From Acidimicrobiia bacterium (GTDB lineage Bacteria > Actinomycetota > Acidimicrobiia > Spongiisociales > Spongiisociaceae), in assembly GCA_041576165.1 (NCBI GenBank), contig JBFGLM010000051.1, forward strand, positions 1-30,912: a stretch of DNA of 30,912 nt. Direction: 5' to 3'. A program made the position numbers and the translations under genes. The notes under the pieces were generated by a model. The model made no database searches, was not told where the DNA came from, and saw only the letters and a program-made list of their open reading frames with translations. Shown here piece by piece: positions 1-8,235 of this stretch (the first letter of the stretch is position 1; the number at the start of each line of letters is the position of its first letter).

Positions 1-2
1 AA

Positions 3-311
3 GGAGGACCAGAGCTGGACCAGCAGACGGAGACTCTCCAGACGATGGTCGATGAAGGAGTCAGGATTGTGTCGCCAGGGTTTATCGGCAGGCCTATCGG
101 ATTCGGATGCTGCCCCGACCCAGGACGCGAGATTGCCCTGGGGGCAATAACGCTTCTTGTCGAAACTCGCCTTGATGAAGAGGCCTTCTTTGAGCGTGCA
201 GACGGTGCAAAGGTTGAAGTGATTGATGGTTGGGACTCCTCTGCCTGGCGCGTGCAGCTCCGTCGAACAGAACAGGGTGACTGGAAAGTATGGCTATTAG
301 AGGCAGCGTGA
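3..311 (+). CDS. hypothetical protein, 5'-truncated by window edge
   Basis: Frame is open from position 3 (GGPELDQQTETLQTMVDEG...WRVQLRRTEQGDWKVWLLEAA*). Its stop overlaps the GTG at 308 of the next gene (GTGA). Confidence 0.6.
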   Translation, partial: GGPELDQQTETLQTMVDEGVRIVSPGFIGRPIGFGCCPDPGREIALGAITLLVETRLDEEAFFERADGAKVEVIDGWDSSAWRVQLRRTEQGDWKVWLLEAA

Positions 312-1219
312 TTGGACTGCTCGCTTTCGGCATCGCTTGCTTGCTTTCCAGCCACGCGATCGCGATGCTCCAGGCGCCTCCAGGCATATGTGAGCTGCTG
401 CCGGGAGCAGAGACATGCAACGGCGGCGGGAGCGAGCAACGGGGCGGGAAGGAGGCTGACCCGGGCACGTTTGCTTGGGGTGCGGTGGAACCGCTGACCA
501 GACCCTGCCGGACAGAGCCGGCCCGTCCGCAATACCTTCAGCGTCTGGTCTGGGCCTCAGGCCCATCGGCGGGGACGTACGTCACCGCCGACGACTTTGG
601 GGGAGGGTACGGGTCTGGATCTCGAGTCCCGAATGGCCCCGCGGAGGTCGTGTTCGCTGCCGACGGGTATGCCTATCGGTGGGTTTGCTCCAGCCGGGAC
701 ATCGATGCCGACGTGTGGGCGGAAGCCACCGAGCGAATGGACGATGCCGCCGTCACGAAGAATCCTGTCGTCTCCGGACTGACCGGACTGGAAACGTGGG
801 CGTGGTTCGACGGCGACCCCACCGTCCAACCGTTTCAAGTGACGTGGACGGATCCCGCAACCGGCTTCACATGGACCTTGGAGGCCTGGGCGTGGATGCG
901 AGACATGACGTGGTCGTTCGGGGATGGAGAAGTGCACGTTGAATCGGCCCGCGGCCTGGACGAAGCTCTGGCTGTGGCGGGCACGGTCGACAATCCGGCA
1001 GCAGTCCACACCTACCGCGCGACGAGCGCAGACGCCGGGTTTGACGACGGATATCCATTCGAGTTCTCCGCCACCTGGGTCGGCCAATACCGCTGGTCGG
1101 CGGACGGAGGTGGAACGTGGTCGGCACCCGTACCCATGACCGGGTCGTACACCGACACGGCCGCCATCGCCTACCAGGTCATGCAAATCCGTTCCGCTCT
1201 CGTAACAACCGACGGCTGA
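308..1219 (+). CDS. secreted hypothetical protein with C-terminal PKD-like beta-sandwich region
   Basis: Signal-peptide-like N-terminus (LLAFGIACLLSSHAIA). Motifs GLTGLETWAW, WSFGDG and HTY...F.ATW.G.YRW. Start is GTG308 (coupled to upstream stop) or ATG290. Confidence 0.7.
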   Translation: MIGLLAFGIACLLSSHAIAMLQAPPGICELLPGAETCNGGGSEQRGGKEADPGTFAWGAVEPLTRPCRTEPARPQYLQRLVWASGPSAGTYVTADDFGGGYGSGSRVPNGPAEVVFAADGYAYRWVCSSRDIDADVWAEATERMDDAAVTKNPVVSGLTGLETWAWFDGDPTVQPFQVTWTDPATGFTWTLEAWAWMRDMTWSFGDGEVHVESARGLDEALAVAGTVDNPAAVHTYRATSADAGFDDGYPFEFSATWVGQYRWSADGGGTWSAPVPMTGSYTDTAAIAYQVMQIRSALVTTDG

Positions 1220-1258
1220 CCCCGGCATACTCTCGCCCCCGGCCAGGAGACCTTCCTC

Positions 1259-1286
1259 CGCACGGTTTCCGGGAGGAAAACGTGCG
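1259..1286 (+). terminator. hairpin after secreted protein gene (terminator or REP-like)
   Basis: CGCACG-G-TTTCC / GGGA (GNRA) loop / GGAAA-A-CGTGCG. Confidence 0.4.
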
Positions 1287-1343
1287 CAGCTGGTGGAGCG
1301 AGGCCCGGCAGTGGGGGAGGCGGAGGGCAGCTACGCTCCGCCG

Positions 1344-2522
1344 ATGCGCTTCGCCTCGATCGTGGACCGGGTCAGGGGGCTCGGGCGGGACATGTGGGCC
1401 ATCCACACTCGGGCGGCGGGGCTTCGTGCTGCCGGCGAGGACGTCATCCTGTTGACGCTCGGTGAACCCGACTTTGACACCCCGCAGGGCATCATCGATG
1501 CGGCAGTGGAGGCATTGAAGTCGGGTCGCACGAAGTATGCCGATGGGCGCGGCGAGCCGGACATGCGACGGGCGATCGCAGCCAAATACGCCGCAAGGAC
1601 GGGACGCGAGATCACCACCGACCAAGTCGTCTTCCTACCGGGAACCCAGACCGCGCTGTGCCTCTCGATGATTGCGCTGTGCGAGGTTGGCGACGACGTG
1701 CTGGTGCCCTCGCCGTACTACGCGACCTACCGCGGCGTTCTGGGCGCGTCCGGTGCATCCATCGTGCCGGTGCCCTTATCGGCGGAGGACGGCTTCCACC
1801 TCCGGCCGGAAGTGCTGCAACGGTCCATCACCCAACACAGCAGGGTGCTGCTGCTCAACTCTCCGCACAACCCGACCGGCGCCACGCTGTCCCGCCGCGA
1901 GATCGAAGCGATTTCAGAGGTATGTGTCGAGCACGATCTGTGGGTCGTGTCCGATGAGGTCTACGAGGCACTCGTCTACGAAGGCGACTTCGCGTCTCCT
2001 TTCGACGTCGCTGATATGGCTGACCGGACCATCGTGGTGGCCAGCCTCTCCAAAAGCCATGCGATGACCGGATGGAGGTGTGGCTGGGCGGTCGGATCGC
2101 AGGATTTCATTGCCAATATGCTGCCGATCTCCGAGGCGATGCTGTTTGGATCCCAACCATTCCTACAGGACGCAGCCACGGTTGCGCTGGACAAGGATTT
2201 CGACGAGGTGGCCGACATGCGTGAGCGGTACCGGCGCCGGGCCCAGCTGGCAGTGGACGCGCTGTCCGGCGGTCCCGGAGTCCGGTGCGCCATGCCCGAG
2301 GGTGGCCTCTTCCTCATGGTCGACGTGCGCGACACGGGGCGGACGGGCCAGCAGTTCGCCAATGAGCTACTCGACAAGTTTGGTGTCGGCGTGATGCCGG
2401 GTGAGTCGTTCGGCCCCAGCGCGGCGGGCCATGTGCGGCTGGGTTTGGTGGTGGATGAGGCGACCTTGACCGAGGCGTGCCGGCGCATCCTGGCGTATCT
2501 GGGAAGCCTGGCGGAGCAGTAG
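1344..2522 (+). CDS. PLP-dependent aminotransferase class I/II (AruH/aspartate aminotransferase-like)
   Basis: GEPDFDTP, NSPHNPTG, SDEVY, and the PLP lysine motif SLSKSHAMTGWRCG. ATG1344 is preceded by TACGCT-6nt (leaderless). Confidence 0.92.
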   Translation: MRFASIVDRVRGLGRDMWAIHTRAAGLRAAGEDVILLTLGEPDFDTPQGIIDAAVEALKSGRTKYADGRGEPDMRRAIAAKYAARTGREITTDQVVFLPGTQTALCLSMIALCEVGDDVLVPSPYYATYRGVLGASGASIVPVPLSAEDGFHLRPEVLQRSITQHSRVLLLNSPHNPTGATLSRREIEAISEVCVEHDLWVVSDEVYEALVYEGDFASPFDVADMADRTIVVASLSKSHAMTGWRCGWAVGSQDFIANMLPISEAMLFGSQPFLQDAATVALDKDFDEVADMRERYRRRAQLAVDALSGGPGVRCAMPEGGLFLMVDVRDTGRTGQQFANELLDKFGVGVMPGESFGPSAAGHVRLGLVVDEATLTEACRRILAYLGSLAEQ

Positions 2523-2532
2523 CCTGCGGCAA

Positions 2533-3315
2533 ATGGCCGACGCGTTTCTCACGACGACCGACGGCGTCTGGTTCCAGCCGACTGAATTCACCCGCGGACC
2601 ATGGGACCCTGAGGCGTGCCATGGCGGCCCTCCAACCGCGATGATCGCCCGAGCGGCGGAACACCTGGTCCCCGACAAGCGTCTCGTCCGGCTGACGGTA
2701 GAGCTGTCCAAGCCGATCCCCTACGCAGGATTCCGGGTAGCTGCCGAGGTCCTCCGAGATGGTCGCTCGGTCGCTACCACCAGGGCCATTCTCGCTGACG
2801 GCGAAGGTAATCCGAGAGCATCTGCCTCTGGCCTGCATATCGCTGCCCAACCGATGAGGGATTTCCCGAACTACGAGCCGCCGCATCCCGCCGGGGTTCC
2901 GGAGGCGGCCACACCGGGTCCCTTTCCATTCTCGTGGACGCGTCACGGACTGGTGGCGTTCAACGGTCCGGGTGTCCAGATGTCCTATCCGCCAGGTAAT
3001 GACCCCGCGCCGGGTCCGACAACGGTGTGGATGAAGACCGTGCCGTTGCTGGCCGGCGAAGAGCCGTCACCCTTTCAGCGGATCTGCCCGCTGGCAGACA
3101 CCGGCAACGCGATCGGTCGCAACGCCGACCCAGGTGATGTGGACTTCATCAACCCCGACCTGACCCTGCTCTTGCACCGGGATCCCGTCGGCGAATGGTT
3201 GGGGTCGCAGGCGATGAGCCACTGGCACCCGGACGGGATTGGGATGTCCGATGCCCTGCTTTTCGACGAGCGAGGTGTGGTCGGCCGTGCCCTGCAGACA
3301 CTGGTCATACGCTGA
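2533..3315 (+). CDS. acyl-CoA thioesterase family protein (double hotdog, TesB-like)
   Basis: RGPWDPEACHGGPP, RLTVELSKPIP, LADTGNAIG, FINPDLTLLLHR. Confidence 0.85.
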   Translation: MADAFLTTTDGVWFQPTEFTRGPWDPEACHGGPPTAMIARAAEHLVPDKRLVRLTVELSKPIPYAGFRVAAEVLRDGRSVATTRAILADGEGNPRASASGLHIAAQPMRDFPNYEPPHPAGVPEAATPGPFPFSWTRHGLVAFNGPGVQMSYPPGNDPAPGPTTVWMKTVPLLAGEEPSPFQRICPLADTGNAIGRNADPGDVDFINPDLTLLLHRDPVGEWLGSQAMSHWHPDGIGMSDALLFDERGVVGRALQTLVIR

Positions 3316-3423
3316 AAGCGCGGCCGGCCCCGTCCGGTGGCGCTGAAGTGCGGCATCGCGCAGACCAGCTAGCATCCCCATTGCGTTTGGCGGGGGACGC
3401 CACTGCGAGGCTAGGGAGCTGGC

Positions 3424-4326
3424 ATGCCACTGCCTGACGTTGTCATCGCGGGGGCTGCGAAGTGTGGAACGACAGCTCTTGCCGTGGCTCTGGACGGACA
3501 CAAAGATTTCGGCGTGGGAACCGAGAAGGAGCCGCGGTTCTTCACGGACCTGGAACCCACCTTCTGCGGACCCCTCTCGGAGGCCTTCAATCGGACTCTT
3601 ATTCGATCTGCGGAGCATTACGCAGCCAACTTCGATCATGTCGGCAAAAGCCGCACCGTCGACGCGTCTACCGATTACCTCAATCATCCGGAGTCTGCCC
3701 GGGCGATCCACGAAGCTAACCCCGATGCCCGGATAATCATCGGGATTCGGCATCCGGTTCATCGCGCCTGGTCCGAACATCTGCATCTCAAGCGGGTCGA
3801 GGCCGAACACCACACGTTTGATGAAGCATTGCGGCTGGAGGAGGAACGGCGGCGCGCAGGGTGGGTCCCGCTTTTCGCGCACGTCGAGCGATCCCGTTAT
3901 GCGGAAGGTGTCGGGGCCTTTTTGGCTGATTTTGGACGAGGGCAGGTCTTCGTCTACCGGCACGAAGACCTGGTTGCCGACCCAGAAGAGGTGCTGCGCG
4001 AGCTTTCTCTATTTCTAGGTGCCGTTCCGCCCCTCGGGCGTCCGGGGCGCCACAACGTCGGGGGAATGCCCCGCTCCCGAGTCGTCAACGCCATCATCCG
4101 GTCGGAACGGCAGGGTCTCCAAAGCTTGCGTCGGGCGGCCGGGTCCGTGATTCCGGCAGCCGGGCGGGAACGAGTACGCAGACTGCTCGACCAAGTCAAC
4201 CTCGACCGCTCTCACCGGCCGTCGCCGGAAGCCTGTGAGTGGATTCTGTCGCGGACGGCTGACGACGTGGCTGACACTGAGGCGCTGGTCGAGTGTGACC
4301 TCTCTGCCTACCGGACCAACGGCTGA
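3424..4326 (+). CDS. PAPS-dependent sulfotransferase family protein
   Basis: 5'-PSB loop GAAKCGTT, KEPRFF, DASTDYL, 3'-PB motif RHPVHRAWS. GGGAG RBS. Confidence 0.88.
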   Translation: MPLPDVVIAGAAKCGTTALAVALDGHKDFGVGTEKEPRFFTDLEPTFCGPLSEAFNRTLIRSAEHYAANFDHVGKSRTVDASTDYLNHPESARAIHEANPDARIIIGIRHPVHRAWSEHLHLKRVEAEHHTFDEALRLEEERRRAGWVPLFAHVERSRYAEGVGAFLADFGRGQVFVYRHEDLVADPEEVLRELSLFLGAVPPLGRPGRHNVGGMPRSRVVNAIIRSERQGLQSLRRAAGSVIPAAGRERVRRLLDQVNLDRSHRPSPEACEWILSRTADDVADTEALVECDLSAYRTNG

Positions 4327-4332
4327 CCGGGC

Positions 4333-5277
4333 TCAACCTTGCCGAACCCAGGGTGGAGTTGGGGCGTCGATCCGGGGCAGCTCACTTGGAACCGCTCCAA
4401 ACCGATCGTCGTTGTGGTCTCGCCAATCGCGCCACGCCTCGGTGATCTCGTCCTTCGTGCGGGCCACGAAGTTCCACCACATCTGGACGGATTCGCCCAG
4501 CGGCTCGCCACCGAGGACGAGCGCCCGGCCCTGGCCGCCGTCCACCGCAAGAGCCACCTCCGACTGGCCCGGCGTGAGGATCCCGATGAACCCGGGCTCG
4601 ACAATCGAGCCGGCGACCTGGATCGGACGGTCCAGCGGGATGATGCCGTATTCGAACCGCGGGTTCGCAGGCAGCACCGCTGAGGGCCGCAATGTCAGGT
4701 CCAGTCCGATGAGCTGCGAGTCGACCTGCGCCGGCGAGTGGGCGTTTCCGATCGATCCGATGAAGACCTGGCCCTCCGCCGTTCCGAGCTCGGTCATCGG
4801 AATCTCGTCTATGTGCTGGAACGCCGAACCTCCATGGCGGGTTGCCTCCGGTTGCGCGATCCACATCTGAGCACCGGACAGTTCCCCGACTCTGGTTCCC
4901 AGCCCGGTTCCCTGGATTCCCAGTTCGGCGTGGGCTATGCCTCGTCCGGCCGTCATCAGGTTGAGCTGGCTCGGGCGGATCAACTGTTCGGTGCCCAGCG
5001 AATCGCCGTGGAGAGCCGTGCCTTCGAACAGCCAGGTGACCGTTGCCAGTCCAATGTGGGGATGCGGTCCTATCTCGAGGCGGGGTGGATTGGCCACATC
5101 GCCTGGCGTCATGAGGTCGACGAAACACCACCCGCCGATGGTGCGGCGCCCCTTGGTAGGCAGCACCCGGACGATGCCCATACCCCCAACTTCCGCGATC
5201 CGGCCCTCGCGGACCTCAACCACTCCGACGTCGTCGTCGACAAAGTCGTTGTCCCGTTCATGCAGTGGACCGCTCAC
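4333..5277 (-). CDS. pirin family protein (bicupin)
   Basis: RRTIGGWCFVD, PHPHIGLATVTWL, HGDSLG, MTAGRGIAHAE, WWNFVAR. Likely start is GTG5277 (GGGAG upstream); the ORF-track start 5493 runs into the hairpin region. Confidence 0.9.
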   Translation of the reverse strand: MSGPLHERDNDFVDDDVGVVEVREGRIAEVGGMGIVRVLPTKGRRTIGGWCFVDLMTPGDVANPPRLEIGPHPHIGLATVTWLFEGTALHGDSLGTEQLIRPSQLNLMTAGRGIAHAELGIQGTGLGTRVGELSGAQMWIAQPEATRHGGSAFQHIDEIPMTELGTAEGQVFIGSIGNAHSPAQVDSQLIGLDLTLRPSAVLPANPRFEYGIIPLDRPIQVAGSIVEPGFIGILTPGQSEVALAVDGGQGRALVLGGEPLGESVQMWWNFVARTKDEITEAWRDWRDHNDDRFGAVPSELPRIDAPTPPWVRQG

Positions 5278-5360
5278 GCCGGCTCCCATTCTCATCCGCT
5301 CTGTGGCCAGCCTACGACTTCCTGACCGTCCTGAGAATGGGCCAGTAGGGCGCAGGATGA

Positions 5361-5472
5361 CAGGAGCCCACGCCGTAGCGGGGGCTCCTGGTGGATCCGT
5401 TCGGAGGATGGGGAGTGGAGAGGGAGGAGAATGCAACTCGAACGGATCGCAGGCGATGCATTGCCTGCGATC
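5361..5472 (-). ncRNA. candidate small RNA or structured leader (three hairpins, C-rich loop)
   Basis: Inverted repeats 5445-5454/5463-5472, 5394-5403/5439-5448 and 5361-5373/5378-5390. The last has a cUACGg tetraloop on the minus strand. Begins 6 nt below a GGAAT-N18-GTT promoter. Confidence 0.55.
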
Positions 5473-5477
5473 AGTGC

Positions 5478-5503
5478 AACCACCGGGGCGCACGATTCAT
5501 TCC
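5478..5503 (-). promoter_or_regulatory. SigR/SigH-type ECF promoter
   Basis: Minus strand GGAAT(5503-5499)-N18-GTT(5480-5478), an exact match to the Streptomyces SigR consensus. Confidence 0.6.
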
Positions 5504-5510
5504 AGAGATC

Positions 5511-6950
5511 TCACGCGACGACGCGGCCCTCCGCGGCTGCGACGATCCCGCGAGCCATCCGCGGGAAGATCATCGAATGAAACGGCAGCATCACGTACCA
5601 ATAGAGCCGTCCGAACAACCCACGTGGTGCGTACCAGGCAGTCTGCACCAACCGGCTCCCGTGTTCCTTCGGCTCTACCAGCCAGCTGAGCCATGCCTCC
5701 CCCGGGAGAAGCATCTCGGCTTTGAGGTCCAGTGACCGGCCTGGTTCGACGGCGACTACACGCCAGAAGTCGAGCGGCTCGCCGACGCTCAGTTCGTCCG
5801 GGTGGCGTCGCCCGCGCCGGAGACCGGCCCCACCGAACAGCTGATCGACCAGACCGCGGACGCTCCACGCCCAGTCGGCCGAGTAGTAGCCATGTTCTCC
5901 GCCGACCCGCATGAAAGCGCGGGCAACAGCCTCCGGTTCGGCGGTCGTGTCAATTGAGCGTTCGTCGCGGAAGATCGTGCCGAATGCATGGTCCGGATCT
6001 GACGGGAGCGGGTCGGCCGGACGCCAAGACCCTCGTGCCCAGCGGGTTGGCACGTCCTCCCCCCGGGTTTGGTCGATCGCCAGTCGCACGGCCTCCTCGT
6101 ATCCGGTGGTTTCGCGCGGGATCAGACGCGCCGGATCCGGATCGCTGACGATGACTTCGTGTTTGAGGCTCTCGACCAGGTGAGCGGCCACGGTATTCGA
6201 CAGGGGTGTCACGAGCCCGATCCAGCGGGCGGACAGGCCCAGGGATAGCAATGGCACCCGAACGACTATGCGCTTGTGCAGCCCGGCGGCGGAAGCATAT
6301 AGCTGCATCATTTCCTCATAGGTCAGGATGTCGGGGCCGCCGATCTCGATCACTTGTCCGGCGGTCTCGGGTCGATCTAGGGCTTCCGTCAGATACGCCA
6401 GCACATCGGCGATCGCAATTGGCTGGCAACGCGTCTGCACCCACCGGGGGGTGACCATGACTGGCAGCACCTCGGTGAGGTAGCGCGTCATTTCAAAGGA
6501 CAGCGACCCGGCTCCGATCACCACCGCCGCCCGGAACTCGGTGACCGGAACCCGTCCACTGGCCAAGACCTCACCGACCTCGTGGCGGCTGGCGAGGTGC
6601 GGTGACAGATCGCCGCTTCCCAGTCCGCCCAGGTACACGATCCGTTCGAGGGAGGAGGATGCCGCCGCCTTCGTCAGGTTCTCGGCTGCGACGCGGTCTA
6701 TGTCCTCGAAATCGGATCGCTCCATGGAGTGCACTAAGTAGTAGGCCGCGGCGGCGCCTTCGAGCACCTCGTCCAGCGTCGCGGGGTCGAGCAAGTCCGC
6801 CTGCACCACTTCGACTTCGTCCCTCCACGGATGCTCTCGCAGGGAAGCTGGGCTGCGGGTCACGGCCCGCACGTCGTGGCCCCGGTTAAGCAGAGTCGGT
6901 ATGAGGCGTCCACCGACATAGCCGCTGGCGCCGAACACCACTACCTTCAT
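5511..6950 (-). CDS. atypical SDR family NAD(P)-binding oxidoreductase with C-terminal DUF2867/SRPBCC-like domain (YbjT-like)
   Basis: GASGYVG Rossmann motif, YYLVHSM, LSPHLASRHEVG, GEPLDFWRV, AEMLLPGEAWL, PRGLFGRLYWY. AAGGAG RBS. Confidence 0.9.
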   Translation of the reverse strand: MKVVVFGASGYVGGRLIPTLLNRGHDVRAVTRSPASLREHPWRDEVEVVQADLLDPATLDEVLEGAAAAYYLVHSMERSDFEDIDRVAAENLTKAAASSSLERIVYLGGLGSGDLSPHLASRHEVGEVLASGRVPVTEFRAAVVIGAGSLSFEMTRYLTEVLPVMVTPRWVQTRCQPIAIADVLAYLTEALDRPETAGQVIEIGGPDILTYEEMMQLYASAAGLHKRIVVRVPLLSLGLSARWIGLVTPLSNTVAAHLVESLKHEVIVSDPDPARLIPRETTGYEEAVRLAIDQTRGEDVPTRWARGSWRPADPLPSDPDHAFGTIFRDERSIDTTAEPEAVARAFMRVGGEHGYYSADWAWSVRGLVDQLFGGAGLRRGRRHPDELSVGEPLDFWRVVAVEPGRSLDLKAEMLLPGEAWLSWLVEPKEHGSRLVQTAWYAPRGLFGRLYWYVMLPFHSMIFPRMARGIVAAAEGRVVA

Positions 6951-7007
6951 GTGCGTTGTCTCCTTGTCGGTACGTATACGGCGCCGTCAGCGGCCAGTGT
7001 CGTAGTT

Positions 7008-7035
7008 ATCCGGACCGGTCGATGCGACCGGATCG
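7008..7035 (-). promoter_or_regulatory. candidate SigK/LitS-like ECF promoter of the SDR gene
   Basis: CGATCC-N16-CCGGAT. The spacer contains the palindrome CCGGTCG-atg-CGACCGG (7015-7031). Confidence 0.35.
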
Positions 7036-7103
7036 ATCGAGTGCGGGACCGATGGTCTCTCAGTTGTGTCTGCTTTGGCGTATGGCCCCCCGGCTGGCCC
7101 GCC

Positions 7104-7322
7104 TTACCAGCTCTGCGGCGGGTCACTCGCAGGGAAGGACTCGACTCCCCATTCGTCCACGACGGAGCGATCGGCGCCGTCGGGATCTGCGGGGATATCG
7201 CTACCGGACGGTTGAGCCCGCTTGGTCGACGAGCGCCGCAGCTTGGCAACGATGGCAATGGCGCCGACCAGCAGCGCCAGCAACCAACCTCGACGCGAAC
7301 CGCCTGCTTCGGATTTGGGCAT
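7104..7322 (-). CDS. small single-TM protein (72 aa) with C-terminal VDEWGxESFPASDPP motif
   Basis: Hydrophobic segment WLLALLVGAIAIVA and the recognisable SFPASDPP tail. GAGGA before ATG7322; alternative start GTG7331. Confidence 0.75.
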   Translation of the reverse strand: MPKSEAGGSRRGWLLALLVGAIAIVAKLRRSSTKRAQPSGSDIPADPDGADRSVVDEWGVESFPASDPPQSW

Positions 7323-7331
7323 GTTCCTCAC

Positions 7332-7358
7332 CTATCCCTCTTGGGCCTCATCCAAACC
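7332..7358 (-). promoter_or_regulatory. candidate SigF/SigB-type stress promoter of the microprotein
   Basis: GGTTT-N16-GGATAG compared with consensus GGWWT-N16/17-GGGTAY. Confidence 0.35.
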
Positions 7359-7375
7359 TGCTGGCGTGTGCGTAT
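7348..7375 (+). promoter_or_regulatory. candidate SigK/LitS-like ECF promoter of heliorhodopsin
   Basis: TCATCC-N16-GCGTAT, the same geometry as the motif upstream of the SDR gene. Confidence 0.35.
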
Positions 7376-7482
7376 AGGCGATGGCGAGCTTGAACTTGGA
7401 GTGGGCGACGCTATGCAGTTGAGTGAGTGTATGGCAACGCCTAGCTGCAGGAACTAGCGGTCCGCAGGTCTGGAAGGACACC

Positions 7483-8211
7483 ATGCTCAAAAGATACAAC
7501 ACGGTCATGGGCGCATTGCACGCCCTGCAGGGGCTCGCGGTACTGCTCCTGGCCAACGACTTCACACTGCCCGTCACCGAGACGTTTCTCGAGGGCCCGC
7601 CGGGAAGCGCACCACCGCAACCCGAAGCGCTTTTCGACCTGAGCATTGCCTGGGGCGTCGCGGTCTTCCTTTTTCTATCGGCCTTTTTCCACTGGCTGAT
7701 CATCAGTCCGCCGTTCTTCGACCGGTACCTCAGCGGGCTCGACGAGAATCGCAACAACTTCCGCTGGGTTGAGTATTCGCTGTCAGCGTCGGTGATGATC
7801 GTGCTGATCGCCATGCTCACCGGCATCACCGATGTCGCTGCGCTGATCGCCTTGTTCGGCGTAAACGCCGCGATGATCTTCTTTGGGGCCGTGCAGGAGA
7901 AATATGAGGAGCCGGGCGGGTCACTGCTCCCCTTCTGGCTGGGTTCGATCACCGGAGCTGTTCCGTGGATCGCGATCGCGGTGTATCTGATATCGCCCGG
8001 CTCGACCGCTGAACCGCCGGGGTTCGTCTACGGGATCTTCTTCTCGCTGTTCATCTTCTTCAACAGCTTCGCCCTCAACCAGTGGCTGCAGTACCGCCGA
8101 GTCGGGAAATGGGGTGACTACCTGTTCGGCGAGCGGGTCTATGTGTTCTTGAGCCTGGTCGCCAAGTCGGCGCTGGCCTGGCAAGTGTTCGGCGGAACGC
8201 TGGCCGGGTGA
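7483..8211 (+). CDS. heR: heliorhodopsin
   Basis: Multi-TM, 242 aa. N.MG.LH.LQG (TM1 His), SAFFH (TM2 His), NNFRWVEYSLSAS (Glu counterion), GERVY..LSLVAKSALAWQVF with the retinal Lys at 8164-8166. AAGGA RBS before ATG7483. Confidence 0.96.
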   Translation: MLKRYNTVMGALHALQGLAVLLLANDFTLPVTETFLEGPPGSAPPQPEALFDLSIAWGVAVFLFLSAFFHWLIISPPFFDRYLSGLDENRNNFRWVEYSLSASVMIVLIAMLTGITDVAALIALFGVNAAMIFFGAVQEKYEEPGGSLLPFWLGSITGAVPWIAIAVYLISPGSTAEPPGFVYGIFFSLFIFFNSFALNQWLQYRRVGKWGDYLFGERVYVFLSLVAKSALAWQVFGGTLAG

Positions 8212-8235
8212 TCCATCTACACCCGGTCTGAGCGC

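Noticed and set aside
5361-5472. Identification as canonical 6C RNA or tRNA
   Set aside because: It lacks two hairpin loops each with six-C runs, and has no cloverleaf or T-loop. Kept as an unclassified candidate.
5278-5493. N-terminal extension of pirin, and the 63-aa ORF 5292-5483
   Set aside because: Low-complexity translation of the hairpin region. Pirin similarity begins near GTG5277.
7420-7422. Selenocysteine or programmed readthrough producing an extended heliorhodopsin
   Set aside because: No convincing SECIS-like hairpin was seen directly after the TGA, and ATG7483 has a good RBS and gives a normal-length HeR.
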